Assembly (NCBI GenBank): GCA_045598525.1
Contig: JAZLMH010000006.1
Coordinates: forward strand, 2,375 to 66,374
Origin: Bacilli bacterium
GTDB lineage: Bacteria; Bacillota_I; Bacilli_A; RFN20; CAG-826
DNA length: 64,000 nt
Direction of reading: 5' to 3'
Shown here: positions 23,923-33,515 of the stretch, piece by piece
Layout of the letters: each line of letters starts with the position of its first letter
Position numbering within the stretch: position 1 is the stretch's first letter
Program-made: the position numbers and the translations under genes
Notes under the pieces: generated by a model
What the model saw: the letters and a program-made list of their open reading frames with translations, nothing else
Database searches by the model: none
Told to the model about the DNA's origin: nothing

Positions 23923-24983
23923 TATTCGAGTTCCTCCCCTTCGATTAAGGCTAAACCTGTGCCAAGGATGTCGTTTTTCATTTCCTCGGTGAGGCTAGGG
24001 TCGTTTTTGACTAGTCTTACGAATTCGCCTCTTAATGAGGTATCTTTCATATAGTCGTCGACTTTTATGATCTTCTTCGCTTTGTTTTTGACTTCGAGAT
24101 AGAAGAATTTGTCATTTAGCGCGGTTTCGACGATGTCTTTTAATCTCGATGGATCGAAAGAGACTTTGCCAGTTAATATGATCTGGATGATATCGTCTTT
24201 GCTTGGGGTGATTTTGCTTATTATCAATGAGCGGGCGGTTGCTTCATCTACTGATTCTGAGATATCGACTACTTCTTTTTTGATTATGCGTTTTGCAAAT
24301 GAGATGAACTCGGCTTCTTTTGTGTCTGTGTCATAGACGATGAAGCCTTTCTTTCCCTCTTCGTCGAATCCTCTTCCTTGGATGCAGCCTGGGTAGACGT
24401 ATTTGCCTCTCTTATCGAGTGAGGTTTCGCTATATTTATGGATATGGCCTAAGGCGAGATAATCGATATTCTTGTTTTCGAGGTCTTTTATTTTGATGTC
24501 TTCAAGAGGGTTAGAGACACTTGAGGTTTCTTGGCCATGCATCATGACGATGTTATGGTCGTCTCTATTTAAGGTGAGCGAGGAATATAAGCTTGCTTGG
24601 TTTGCTTCTGTTAGCTCGATGCCCATAAGGGTAACCCCTTCTTCAAGAGTGAAGGATGTCCATTTGTCACTAAAGGTATGAAGGTTACTAAGCTCTTCGT
24701 TATAGGTGGCATTGGAATCGTGGTTCCCTCTAAGGTAATAGAACTCAAGGTCTTTGTTTGCTTTAAGGAGGCCATAGAAGAATTCCTTGTCCTTCTTGGA
24801 CACTTTGTCTTTATCAAAGACATCGCCCGCTAAAAGGATATGCTTGATGGCGTGGTTTTTAGCGTATTCGATGAGTCTGGCCAAGGTCTCATTAAGCTCG
24901 TGAACGAGTTTTTTCTTCTTCTCATCGCTAAGGAAGGAAAATGGGCTTCCTAAGTGAGTGTCTGCAGCGTGGATGATCTTCAT
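23922..24983 (-). CDS. SbcD/Mre11-like (YhaO/SbcF-like) metallophosphoesterase nuclease
   Basis: MKIIHAADTHLG, GDVFD, GNHD, GHIH motifs. Start moved to Met17 (AAGGAGGA SD). Confidence 0.85.
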   Translation of the reverse strand: MKIIHAADTHLGSPFSFLSDEKKKKLVHELNETLARLIEYAKNHAIKHILLAGDVFDKDKVSKKDKEFFYGLLKANKDLEFYYLRGNHDSNATYNEELSNLHTFSDKWTSFTLEEGVTLMGIELTEANQASLYSSLTLNRDDHNIVMMHGQETSSVSNPLEDIKIKDLENKNIDYLALGHIHKYSETSLDKRGKYVYPGCIQGRGFDEEGKKGFIVYDTDTKEAEFISFAKRIIKKEVVDISESVDEATARSLIISKITPSKDDIIQIILTGKVSFDPSRLKDIVETALNDKFFYLEVKNKAKKIIKVDDYMKDTSLRGEFVRLVKNDPSLTEEMKNDILGTGLALIEGEELE

Positions 24984-25003
24984 GTTTATCCTCCTTTTCT
25001 TTT

Positions 25004-25222
25004 TTATTCTTTTGTCGTGTGATCGTAGCAATCACGTTTGATTAGTTCTTCTTTGAATTTTGGATCCAGATGATGTCCTAGGTATTCTGTCCCTAGTTCT
25101 AACTGTCTTCCTGGGATTTCCCCTTCTTGGAATCTCTCAAAAAGGAAATCGAGAATGTCTCTTGTTTCCATCCCTTTTTCCTTCATGAGTTTTATGGCGT
25201 ATAGCACTTGTTCGTCTTTCAT
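25004..25222 (-). CDS. hypothetical 72-aa protein between addA and the nuclease gene
   Basis: ORF placed tightly in the operon. No motif recognised. Confidence 0.45.
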   Translation of the reverse strand: MKDEQVLYAIKLMKEKGMETRDILDFLFERFQEGEIPGRQLELGTEYLGHHLDPKFKEELIKRDCYDHTTKE

Positions 25223-25226
25223 TGTT

Positions 25227-28200
25227 TTATTCCTTGATGATTACTTCTCTACAGGTTCCTTCGATTAAGGAATACAGGTATCCTTTGACTGGTTTACCAA
25301 AGAGCTTTGAGGCAACCCCCATATAAAGGGCGACTTGCTTTTCATAAGATTCATCATCGATCTTCTTGGTTTTATAGTCGATGATGTCGATATGGTCTTT
25401 ATAGACCATCATAAGGTCGATGATGCCTCTAAGGTTAGATTCTTCGTCGAAGAATTCGTATTCCTTATACGCTTCACCTTCTTGGACGTCTTTCATAAGG
25501 TCAGAGGAGAGGAATTTTTTTACTGTTGCTTTCTCTTTATCGCTTAACGAAGAATAGTCTGGGTTCTTGAAGTCGGTGATTTCCATAAGGAAGTGCATTC
25601 TCGTACCGAAGTCTAAGGCTTCTTTTTTCACTCCTAAATCAAGTTTCTTGCTTGGGTGGAACATCTCGATCTCTTTGATTTGGATGTCATGATTTTCGGT
25701 ATTGAGTTTAACGGGTTTCACTTCTTTTGGAGGATCAACGAGGGCTGGTTTCCTGATATATGCGTCGACTGCGTATTTCTTGAATTTCCTATAGTCGATG
25801 AAGAGTTTTGCGATGTCGCTAAAACCTTTCATCCAGGTCATGTCCGTATAGATATAGCCTTTTTCTTCGAAGATGATGTCCATATCTTTGAGGGTGTGTG
25901 ATTTCTTTTCCTCTTCGTTTTCTTTTAAGAAGACGATGGTTGGCTCAAACCCAAAGCAAGAAAGAAGAGAAAGGAGATGGTCATAGTCGATCTTTCCGGA
26001 TTTGTATTCTTCATATTTTTTGTAGATAAGCGACTCATAAGGGAAGGATTCTTCTTTTAACAAGCTGTCGAAGACTTTATCAGTAAGGAAGAACTTGGTG
26101 CCAAATTGAGCCCGCTCAAAAAGGTCTTCGATGCCCTTTTCGCTTAATGAGTTACTTTCGTCATAGAGTTTTTCGAAAGCGTCGCTAGAGTGCTTATAGC
26201 CTGTAAGAGAAATGAATTCCTCAAAGATGTCTTTGGTGATTGCTTTGTCCTTAAGCATGATCGCGGCATTCTCGATTTCCTTCCTAAAAGGCATATCGCC
26301 GATGATTTCGCTATAAAGAAGGGAAATAGTCTCTTCCTTGATTGATTTGCTTCTAAGGGCGGTTTCTAGGGCTTTTTTGAAGTCTTTTAGAGGTGATTCT
26401 CCATCTTCGTCATAAGGACCATATTCAAAAAGCGTTATTGCGTCAAAGTCCTCTTCCCATTTGCTAAGATCACCATCAGACGTTTCAAATGATTCCTTTT
26501 CTAAGAAATTGTGGACGTTTGGCTCAAGCTTGCTATTAAGAATATCCGCGAGGATATCAATATCGCTTAAAGTGATCTTTCTTAAGACGAAAAGCAATAA
26601 AAGATCAACGAAGATAGAATGATACTTATAGAATTTTTCTTCAATGATGTATCTTCCGATTTTTTTCGCCCAGTTATTTTCGAATTTTGGGCGGGCTTCT
26701 AATGATTCCTTGGTTGGTTTTTCTTCATCGTCCACTTCATGGTCTTCGAAGAAATCTTCGGTCAGCTCATACCCTTCTTTGCTAAGGATGGCTTCGAAGA
26801 TCTCTAAAGAAGGCTCTTCTTCTAATCTATATCTTTGATATGCGGCATCGATTACTTCGTGTGGATAAAGATGCTTCGCTTTGATGGAACGATAGATGCC
26901 ATCAAGCGTCTTTAAGTAATCTTCGTTTGTTTCGAGATAGTTCTTATAGTCGGCGTATGAGGCGCTTTCCATAAGGGCTTTGTCTTTACGGAATCCTTTC
27001 GGGATTTCTAAACCATAAGCGTCAACGAGGTTATTGAAGGCGAAGATATTGATTTCTCCTGTTCTTAAAGCCCCAAAGATTCTTTCATACACTTCTTCTT
27101 CGGATGCGGTTTTTGGGTCAAGAGACGATGAGACTTTATTAATTTGCTCTTTGACGAATCCCATCATCGAGTTTTCGTAGTCGTTCCCATTTGATTCTCC
27201 TTCTGGCATAAGGATGATGGCTTCTTCCCTGGCTCTAGTCAAAGCGACATAGAACTGCCTGATTTTCTCAGAAGTGTCTTCTTCGATTTCAAGGTCGTTA
27301 TAAAGTTCTTGGGTGATTGGGGCTTTGCCAAGGATTAATGAAGGGGTGATTAAGCCATATTCGCTAGAAAAGCCAAATTTGTCTTTGAGTTCTTGCCTAT
27401 TGAACTGCTTCTTTAAACCAGAATAATAGACGATGTTGAATTCTAAGCCTTTGGACTTATGGTAGTTCATGATGGTGATGCTATCTAAGGATGAGCCTTG
27501 GCTAGATAACTTGAGTTTGAGGTTATATTCATCTACGCATTCCATGAAGATGATGAAATCATCGATTGAATAATCGAGTTCTGACATGGTCTTGAACTTC
27601 TCTAAGAAGAAGTCGAGGTATTTATGGTTAGACTCGACGTCCCCTATGACGAGGCATCTTTCGTAGAACTTGAGTTCAAAGCAGATCTTTTCGAAGATCT
27701 CGTAGATTGATGAGTTGTAGTTATTGAGAATGACTTTTTTGATTTGGGTGACGATTTCGTTGCCGCCAAATGGGCCTTCTAAAGGCTCTTCGTATGTTGG
27801 GTCAAGTTTTTTAAGTTCTTTTTGCGTTTTGTTCCATTCTTCTTTTGCTTTAAACATCTCGAACAAGTCTTGGTCTTTCTTGCCATAAATATATGAACGG
27901 GCGACACTGGCGAGGGCTTTCTCAAATGTCGATGATCTAAGATCACCTGTTTTGATGCATTTAATCAAACGTAGAACGTTAGTCATGACAAGGACCATGT
28001 CATTTGTGGTGACGTCATCGTCGTTTTCGATGTAGAGAGGGAGCTTATAGGAAGAGAACACTCTAGAATATTTTTCAAATGCTCCACCTCTATCCATGAG
28101 GATGCAGAAATCTGTGAAGCGGCAATCTCTTAAGTATGGGATTAGTTTGCCGTCACTTCCCTTTTCGAAGTCCATGACTTTGAACTTTGAATTGATTTTG

Positions 28201-29747
28201 CTAATGATATCCCTAGCGATGACGTGGGCTTCTTCTTCAAGGCGGTCTTTTTCGTTGACGTCTTCTTTATAAAGAAGATAGGAGATTGGGCTTTGGCCAG
28301 GGTTTTTGCCTACTCGGTCATAGAATTTGTTACCCGCTTCAATAAGGTGGGAGGCTTTATAGTCTGCACCGCCATATTTATTTGTCATGATTTGCTTGAA
28401 CATGTAGTTGATTCCGCTAAGTACTTCAGGTCTAGAACGGAAGTTTGTGTTCATATCGATGACTGATTCTTCGTCTTGGACTTTGTATGAATCGTATTTA
28501 TCGATGAAGATGCTTACATCAGCGTTTCTGAAACGATAGATGGACTGTTTTACGTCGCCAACCATATAGACGTTGTCGTTGCTAATATATGAGATGAACT
28601 TATCTTGAAGGGTTGAGGTATCTTGGTATTCATCAACCATGATCATCTTGAGCTTGTTTTTGATTGGCTCTCTTACTTCTTTGTGGTTTTTGACGAGGTC
28701 AAGGGCCATCTTTGCGATATCGTTGAATTCGAAAGCGTTCTTTTCTTGCTTGTATTTGGTGATTCTTTCGTCAAGTTCGAAAAGAATTTTTACGATCACT
28801 TCCGCAAAAGACTTGCTCATTAAAAGGTTATCTTTTAATTCTTTTTTTGTGGCAGGAAGGGCGTCTGCTCTTTCTTTGAGTTTCTTATATTTGTCATGGA
28901 ACGCTTTTAGGGCCTCCGCTTCATGTTCATCAAGTGATTTGCTGCTTGCTGGGAGCCCCATCTTTGGCAAGGTTTCGGTATTAGCGAGGAGCGAAGCCAT
29001 AACATCATCATATGTGTTTTTGGAATCTAAGCCGCTAAAGATCTCTCTTGCCTTAGCCTTATATGAACAGTCTGCCTTTGCGACTGTTTTAGTTGAAAGG
29101 GTGGAGATCATCTTGATTAACTCATCTTTGCTATCGAGGAGTTTTTTCTCGACTTTCTTTGCCATGCCATCGATTAGTTCATCGCTATAGTAGTGAGAGA
29201 CGAAGTTAGAAAGGTATTCTTTTGTATCAACCTCAAGAAGAGCCTTATTATAGACTTTGAGAATCATCTTCTTAACGTCTTTGTCGTCTTTGAAGCAAAG
29301 AGATTTGATCATCTCGATGAAACTCGGTTCTTTATTTACGTAGTAATTCTCAAAAATCTCATCGATGATCGTTCTTTTTCTGACGTCGATGATCGTTGAG
29401 TCGATGTTTGAGACGTTTGGTGAGACTTTAAGAAGGAAATGGTACTTTTTGACTAAAGAAAGGGCATAGGCGTCAAAAGTGCAGATATCGGCAGCGTCTA
29501 CTTCGTTTGCTTCTGGTGATTTGATTTCGGTCAAGGCTTTACGGATTCTATCTTTCATTTCCCCTGCTGCGAGGTTAGTGAAAGTAAGAATCAAAAACTC
29601 ATTGAGTTTTGGTCCATCTTCTTTGCTGATGAAATGGGTGACTCTCTGTTTTAAGACTTCGGTCTTGCCAGAACCCGCACCGGCGGAGACCAAGATGTTC
29701 TTGCCGCTTCTTGTGATGGCGGCTTGCTGTTCTTTTGTGAATTCCAT
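25227..29747 (-). CDS. addA: ATP-dependent helicase/nuclease subunit A, unusually long (1506 aa)
   Basis: UvrD-type GAGSGKT, DEYQDT, VALTRAREE motifs. C-terminal RecB nuclease (IIDLMM..IIDYKT). Confidence 0.9.
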   Translation of the reverse strand: MEFTKEQQAAITRSGKNILVSAGAGSGKTEVLKQRVTHFISKEDGPKLNEFLILTFTNLAAGEMKDRIRKALTEIKSPEANEVDAADICTFDAYALSLVKKYHFLLKVSPNVSNIDSTIIDVRKRTIIDEIFENYYVNKEPSFIEMIKSLCFKDDKDVKKMILKVYNKALLEVDTKEYLSNFVSHYYSDELIDGMAKKVEKKLLDSKDELIKMISTLSTKTVAKADCSYKAKAREIFSGLDSKNTYDDVMASLLANTETLPKMGLPASSKSLDEHEAEALKAFHDKYKKLKERADALPATKKELKDNLLMSKSFAEVIVKILFELDERITKYKQEKNAFEFNDIAKMALDLVKNHKEVREPIKNKLKMIMVDEYQDTSTLQDKFISYISNDNVYMVGDVKQSIYRFRNADVSIFIDKYDSYKVQDEESVIDMNTNFRSRPEVLSGINYMFKQIMTNKYGGADYKASHLIEAGNKFYDRVGKNPGQSPISYLLYKEDVNEKDRLEEEAHVIARDIISKINSKFKVMDFEKGSDGKLIPYLRDCRFTDFCILMDRGGAFEKYSRVFSSYKLPLYIENDDDVTTNDMVLVMTNVLRLIKCIKTGDLRSSTFEKALASVARSYIYGKKDQDLFEMFKAKEEWNKTQKELKKLDPTYEEPLEGPFGGNEIVTQIKKVILNNYNSSIYEIFEKICFELKFYERCLVIGDVESNHKYLDFFLEKFKTMSELDYSIDDFIIFMECVDEYNLKLKLSSQGSSLDSITIMNYHKSKGLEFNIVYYSGLKKQFNRQELKDKFGFSSEYGLITPSLILGKAPITQELYNDLEIEEDTSEKIRQFYVALTRAREEAIILMPEGESNGNDYENSMMGFVKEQINKVSSSLDPKTASEEEVYERIFGALRTGEINIFAFNNLVDAYGLEIPKGFRKDKALMESASYADYKNYLETNEDYLKTLDGIYRSIKAKHLYPHEVIDAAYQRYRLEEEPSLEIFEAILSKEGYELTEDFFEDHEVDDEEKPTKESLEARPKFENNWAKKIGRYIIEEKFYKYHSIFVDLLLLFVLRKITLSDIDILADILNSKLEPNVHNFLEKESFETSDGDLSKWEEDFDAITLFEYGPYDEDGESPLKDFKKALETALRSKSIKEETISLLYSEIIGDMPFRKEIENAAIMLKDKAITKDIFEEFISLTGYKHSSDAFEKLYDESNSLSEKGIEDLFERAQFGTKFFLTDKVFDSLLKEESFPYESLIYKKYEEYKSGKIDYDHLLSLLSCFGFEPTIVFLKENEEEKKSHTLKDMDIIFEEKGYIYTDMTWMKGFSDIAKLFIDYRKFKKYAVDAYIRKPALVDPPKEVKPVKLNTENHDIQIKEIEMFHPSKKLDLGVKKEALDFGTRMHFLMEITDFKNPDYSSLSDKEKATVKKFLSSDLMKDVQEGEAYKEYEFFDEESNLRGIIDLMMVYKDHIDIIDYKTKKIDDESYEKQVALYMGVASKLFGKPVKGYLYSLIEGTCREVIIKE

Positions 29748-29749
29748 TG

Positions 29750-32179
29750 TTATTCCTCCGTGCTGGTGACGCTTAATGGTTCTTCGGAAGAAGGTTCATC
29801 AAACTTTTCTTCCAAACTTTGTTCAAGACTTCTCTTATAGTCTTCGCGGCATGCTTCGTATTGTTCTTTATATTCTTGGAGATCGATTGAATCTTTGCCC
29901 TTTTTTAAGCAGATGTCATTACATGGGCAATAGACGCATGGGTTATCGTGATATTCGTCTTTGACTAACGGTCTAATCATGAAATCTCCATTAAGGATTC
30001 TTTTAGAAGCGATGTTTGCCGCTTCTTTTGCGCTTTCTGCAAGTTCGTCGAATACCGATTCTTCGACTGTTCCTGTTTTTCCGATTAACCCGTCTTTATT
30101 GACTTTGACCCCATCGATGTATTTCGATGAAGGTTCCATTTCCCCTTCATCGTTTGTTCTTGTCCCAAGGCCAGAATCGAGTTTCTTGACGATTTTGTCA
30201 TCGTTGATTGTGAGGCCTTTGAGCTTATATTCACCTAAGGATTCTTTATCATGAGGGTCTTCTAGGACGTTTTGGATATATAACCCGGCGATTTTATAGT
30301 CCTTATATGCGTCTTTTAGCATCAAAGCGTACAAAGGAAGTTGAAGACTGAGGCCATATTCCACTAAGGATTTCTCGATTTTGACTTTGCCTGTCTTATA
30401 GTCGACGACAGCGATGAGTTTGCTATTTTTATCGATCATGGCTTTATCGACTTTGCCAGTGAGATAGACGTTATCCGATAGTTTGATTACTTTGCTTTCT
30501 TCTGCTTTGATATCGCTTAAAGTTGTTTGATCATGGAATTCCCTATTTAACGCGGCGACTTCAAAAGCCTGGTCAATTAATGAATTGATGAAGTATCTCT
30601 CAGATTCTGTTTGGAATGTGTCGAGGATTTCTTGCTCATAGTCTTTTTTGGTTTTGGTTGTTGTTACGCCTTCTTCGATGATCTTGTGGAAAAGGCTTCC
30701 GAGTTTAGAAGAGAACGTATCTTCGAACGCTTGGAGTTTAAGGACTCTTTTTAAGAAGTACTGGTATGGGCACTTGTTATATTCTTGGATTTGGGAATAT
30801 GAGAGTCTTAATTTGTCTTCTGGTCCATATGCGTATACATGTGAATATTCATGATCGAAAGTCTTATATTTAAGTTCTTTTTCGGTATAAGTAGTACGAT
30901 GTTTGGAATCGATACCATAGGTATCTTTTAAATCGAGAGCTTTTCCTACTAGGAGTTTTGCGTATTCTTCTGAATAACATTCATCAGGGATTTCGCCTTT
31001 TTCGTCATCGTAACCAAGTTTGGCTTTAAGAAGCGAGTCATAATATTTCTCTTTGCCGTTTTTCTTCCTTCTTGTGAGAGTGAGATTCTTGGTTTTGTTT
31101 AAGAAGGCGATGAGGCTTTCTTCGTTGATTTTTGTTGTTGTTTTGGAGTTGTTAAGACCAAGAACTTCCTTTTCTTCGTCGAGATAGAAGTCTCTATCTC
31201 TAGCGACATTAGGGTATTCTCCAAGAGAGAAACCCATCGCAAAAACATAATCTTTGTCGCTTGGGGTGAAGTTAGAATCCACTACTTTGATAGATTCCTC
31301 GTAATGGATGCTCTTTAGGTTTGTTTTCTTGGCGATATAGCTAAAAAGCTTAGTGAATTCATCTTTATTCATAGACAAGAATTTGGCCTCATTGATGCAG
31401 TTGGCGATTCTGCCTACTGCGTCATATGTATCCACTTTCGTGTCTTCTTTGATCTTTTCGTATGCATCTTCGATGGAATTGTCTTTTAAGAGCTCAAGGA
31501 ACTTCTTAAGGATTGGGGAATCGAAGAGTCTTCTTTTTTCTCCAAGTTCCATTGGAATGCCAAAGAAGTGAGAAAGTTTATTAAGCTCGGAAAGATAATC
31601 GGATGTTGGCGAATAAAGGAAGATGTTATTCAAAGAGACTTTGTCCTTTTTGTGGAGCTTGCAAATCTCATTAATCACATATGTGATTTCTTCTTGGATA
31701 TCCTTGAAGTTAAGGATTTTTCTTTTGACCGTTTCATATTTGTTTTCGATGTATGTAGGGTTGATTCCAAGCGCCTTAAAAACTTTTTTTAATTCTTCAT
31801 CTAAGGAAGAATAGCCGTAAACGTATGTGTTTTTGTTTTTGAAGAGCTCAGCGAAGTGCGGGGTTAATTTAAGAAGATTATGTTCTTTGAGGTATTTTTT
31901 GACTCTTGCTACTTCTTTCATCTTTTCAGTGGCACCGCCTACGAAATAAGCGTTTTTAAGAATTTCTTCAGCGTTATCAAGAGGGTAACCGAAAGTTACA
32001 TGGATTTTGTAAATGGTCTCATAGTCATAACCATAAAACGCCCCTTCCATAAGTTCGCCTTTGTCGATGAACTTAACGTTTAAGAGGGGGCAATTATTTG
32101 TTTTTTCCTTTACCAAGTCTCTTTTGATGGAACTTGGGCAAATGATAATTGCAGGTGCTTTGATATTTGCAAAATCCAT
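29750..32179 (-). CDS. addB: helicase/nuclease subunit B, short form (809 aa)
   Basis: PD-(D/E)xK (VVDYKTGK) and Fe-S cysteines (CPYQY ... CVYCPCNDIC). No N-terminal Walker A seen. Confidence 0.85.
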   Translation of the reverse strand: MDFANIKAPAIIICPSSIKRDLVKEKTNNCPLLNVKFIDKGELMEGAFYGYDYETIYKIHVTFGYPLDNAEEILKNAYFVGGATEKMKEVARVKKYLKEHNLLKLTPHFAELFKNKNTYVYGYSSLDEELKKVFKALGINPTYIENKYETVKRKILNFKDIQEEITYVINEICKLHKKDKVSLNNIFLYSPTSDYLSELNKLSHFFGIPMELGEKRRLFDSPILKKFLELLKDNSIEDAYEKIKEDTKVDTYDAVGRIANCINEAKFLSMNKDEFTKLFSYIAKKTNLKSIHYEESIKVVDSNFTPSDKDYVFAMGFSLGEYPNVARDRDFYLDEEKEVLGLNNSKTTTKINEESLIAFLNKTKNLTLTRRKKNGKEKYYDSLLKAKLGYDDEKGEIPDECYSEEYAKLLVGKALDLKDTYGIDSKHRTTYTEKELKYKTFDHEYSHVYAYGPEDKLRLSYSQIQEYNKCPYQYFLKRVLKLQAFEDTFSSKLGSLFHKIIEEGVTTTKTKKDYEQEILDTFQTESERYFINSLIDQAFEVAALNREFHDQTTLSDIKAEESKVIKLSDNVYLTGKVDKAMIDKNSKLIAVVDYKTGKVKIEKSLVEYGLSLQLPLYALMLKDAYKDYKIAGLYIQNVLEDPHDKESLGEYKLKGLTINDDKIVKKLDSGLGTRTNDEGEMEPSSKYIDGVKVNKDGLIGKTGTVEESVFDELAESAKEAANIASKRILNGDFMIRPLVKDEYHDNPCVYCPCNDICLKKGKDSIDLQEYKEQYEACREDYKRSLEQSLEEKFDEPSSEEPLSVTSTEE

Positions 32180-32300
32180 AATTCTTCCTTTCTTGTTTAT
32201 AAAGGCAATTCGCTATGTTAACTTTCTTGCCTGATTATATCACTTTTATGATGTTCAAATCTATTGATTTGGGCGTCTTTGTTTATCTGTTATTGTTACT

Positions 32301-32765
32301 TTATAAGTCGCACAACATTGGCGTCTCCAAATTTTCTGGGATCATGTCCTTTATTGCGTTAACTAGGTCATTCATTTCGCTTCCTGGAATGTAAAATGCG
32401 GCGTTATATGTTGTCTTATCCTCAAAATAGATTGAGAAATAAATGCCGTTGCAGTTGCAATATACGTCCTTTGATTGCTTTTCCTTTGTGACTAATTTCA
32501 TGACTTCCTCGAACACTTTTTCAATCTTCTCATCCAAGCGTTCGCTAGATGTTTCGTAGTTCCAGTTGGTTCTGATATCCGTGGTGTTCCCATCATTTTC
32601 TAAGTGGCTGGATTTCTTTGAATAATCCACCATGCCTTCTCCGATGATGAGCTTGTCGTCGTAAGAGAAGCCATTTTCCACTAATGAATGGTCTTTGCTC
32701 TCGGTTTTGATCGAGACTAATCTGATTTGTTTGTTTTTGAGTTCTTCTAAGCTGATTTTCTTCAT
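32301..32765 (-). CDS. hypothetical 154-aa protein
   Basis: ORF upstream of addB, same strand. Confidence 0.5.
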   Translation of the reverse strand: MKKISLEELKNKQIRLVSIKTESKDHSLVENGFSYDDKLIIGEGMVDYSKKSSHLENDGNTTDIRTNWNYETSSERLDEKIEKVFEEVMKLVTKEKQSKDVYCNCNGIYFSIYFEDKTTYNAAFYIPGSEMNDLVNAIKDMIPENLETPMLCDL

Positions 32766-32787
32766 TGTTTCATTCTCCGTTAATTGT

Positions 32788-33060
32788 TTATGCGTCCCCT
32801 ACTCTTTTTGGGGGTATCTCGAATTCGATTCTGATATTGGCAAGTCCAAGCTCACTGCAGAATTCTTTGAAATGTTTGACTGGATATTTGCTTTCCATCA
32901 ATAAATCAACGGCAAAATCGAGGAGGTCAGTATCGGACGCTCCCCTATCAATATTTGTCTTAATGAACTCATAGAGTTTATCTTTGTCACCTTTTACCAT
33001 CGCTTTGACTGTGTTTTTTTCTATGGTTAGGCGTTTTTTGTGTTTGCTCATGATACTCAT
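32788..33060 (-). CDS. hypothetical 90-aa protein
   Basis: ORF with AGGAGA SD. First gene downstream of the structured region. Confidence 0.5.
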   Translation of the reverse strand: MSIMSKHKKRLTIEKNTVKAMVKGDKDKLYEFIKTNIDRGASDTDLLDFAVDLLMESKYPVKHFKEFCSELGLANIRIEFEIPPKRVGDA

Positions 33061-33101
33061 TGTGTTTCTCCTAAATGTATCTATTTATGCTTATCTTCCT
33101 G

Positions 33102-33404
33102 GGGGTGGATGTAAATCAAGTTAAGGGAGGAGAAAGGAGGTTAACCACCCCAAGAGATAAGTGTGAAGGCGTAGCGCCTAGTTGCTTGTAAGATGAATTC
33201 CCTATCCCTTTAAGAAAGAGGACAAAACCAGAAAGGACGTCAGGGATAGGGAATGCCAGGGTGGCCTGGAAAGTAAGAGATGATGAGGCGCCACTCTTAT
33301 CCTTATCAATAAAGGAGGTAAAACAAACAAGAATCCGGGATAAGAGGGTGGCTTGGTTACGAAATCCCGTCAAAGTAATCAATATAGGAGGGCTTGGGAT
33401 TTCG
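33102..33404. ncRNA. multi-hairpin element with GGAGG (plus) / CCUCC (minus) motifs in its large loops
   Basis: Stems 33102-08/33145-51, 33197-209/33242-54, 33256-60/33265-69, 33290-302/33338-52, 33360-68/33396-404. Three loops carry ATCAA-N3-5-RGGAGG. Confidence 0.45.
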
Positions 33405-33515
33405 CATTTATACTATACAAGCAAAATTTATATATTTATTCATTAATTCTTTTTATTGCGTATTTTTCTACATTATTTTTCTTGTTTTCTACGTAAATGC
33501 TTATAAAATAAAGGC

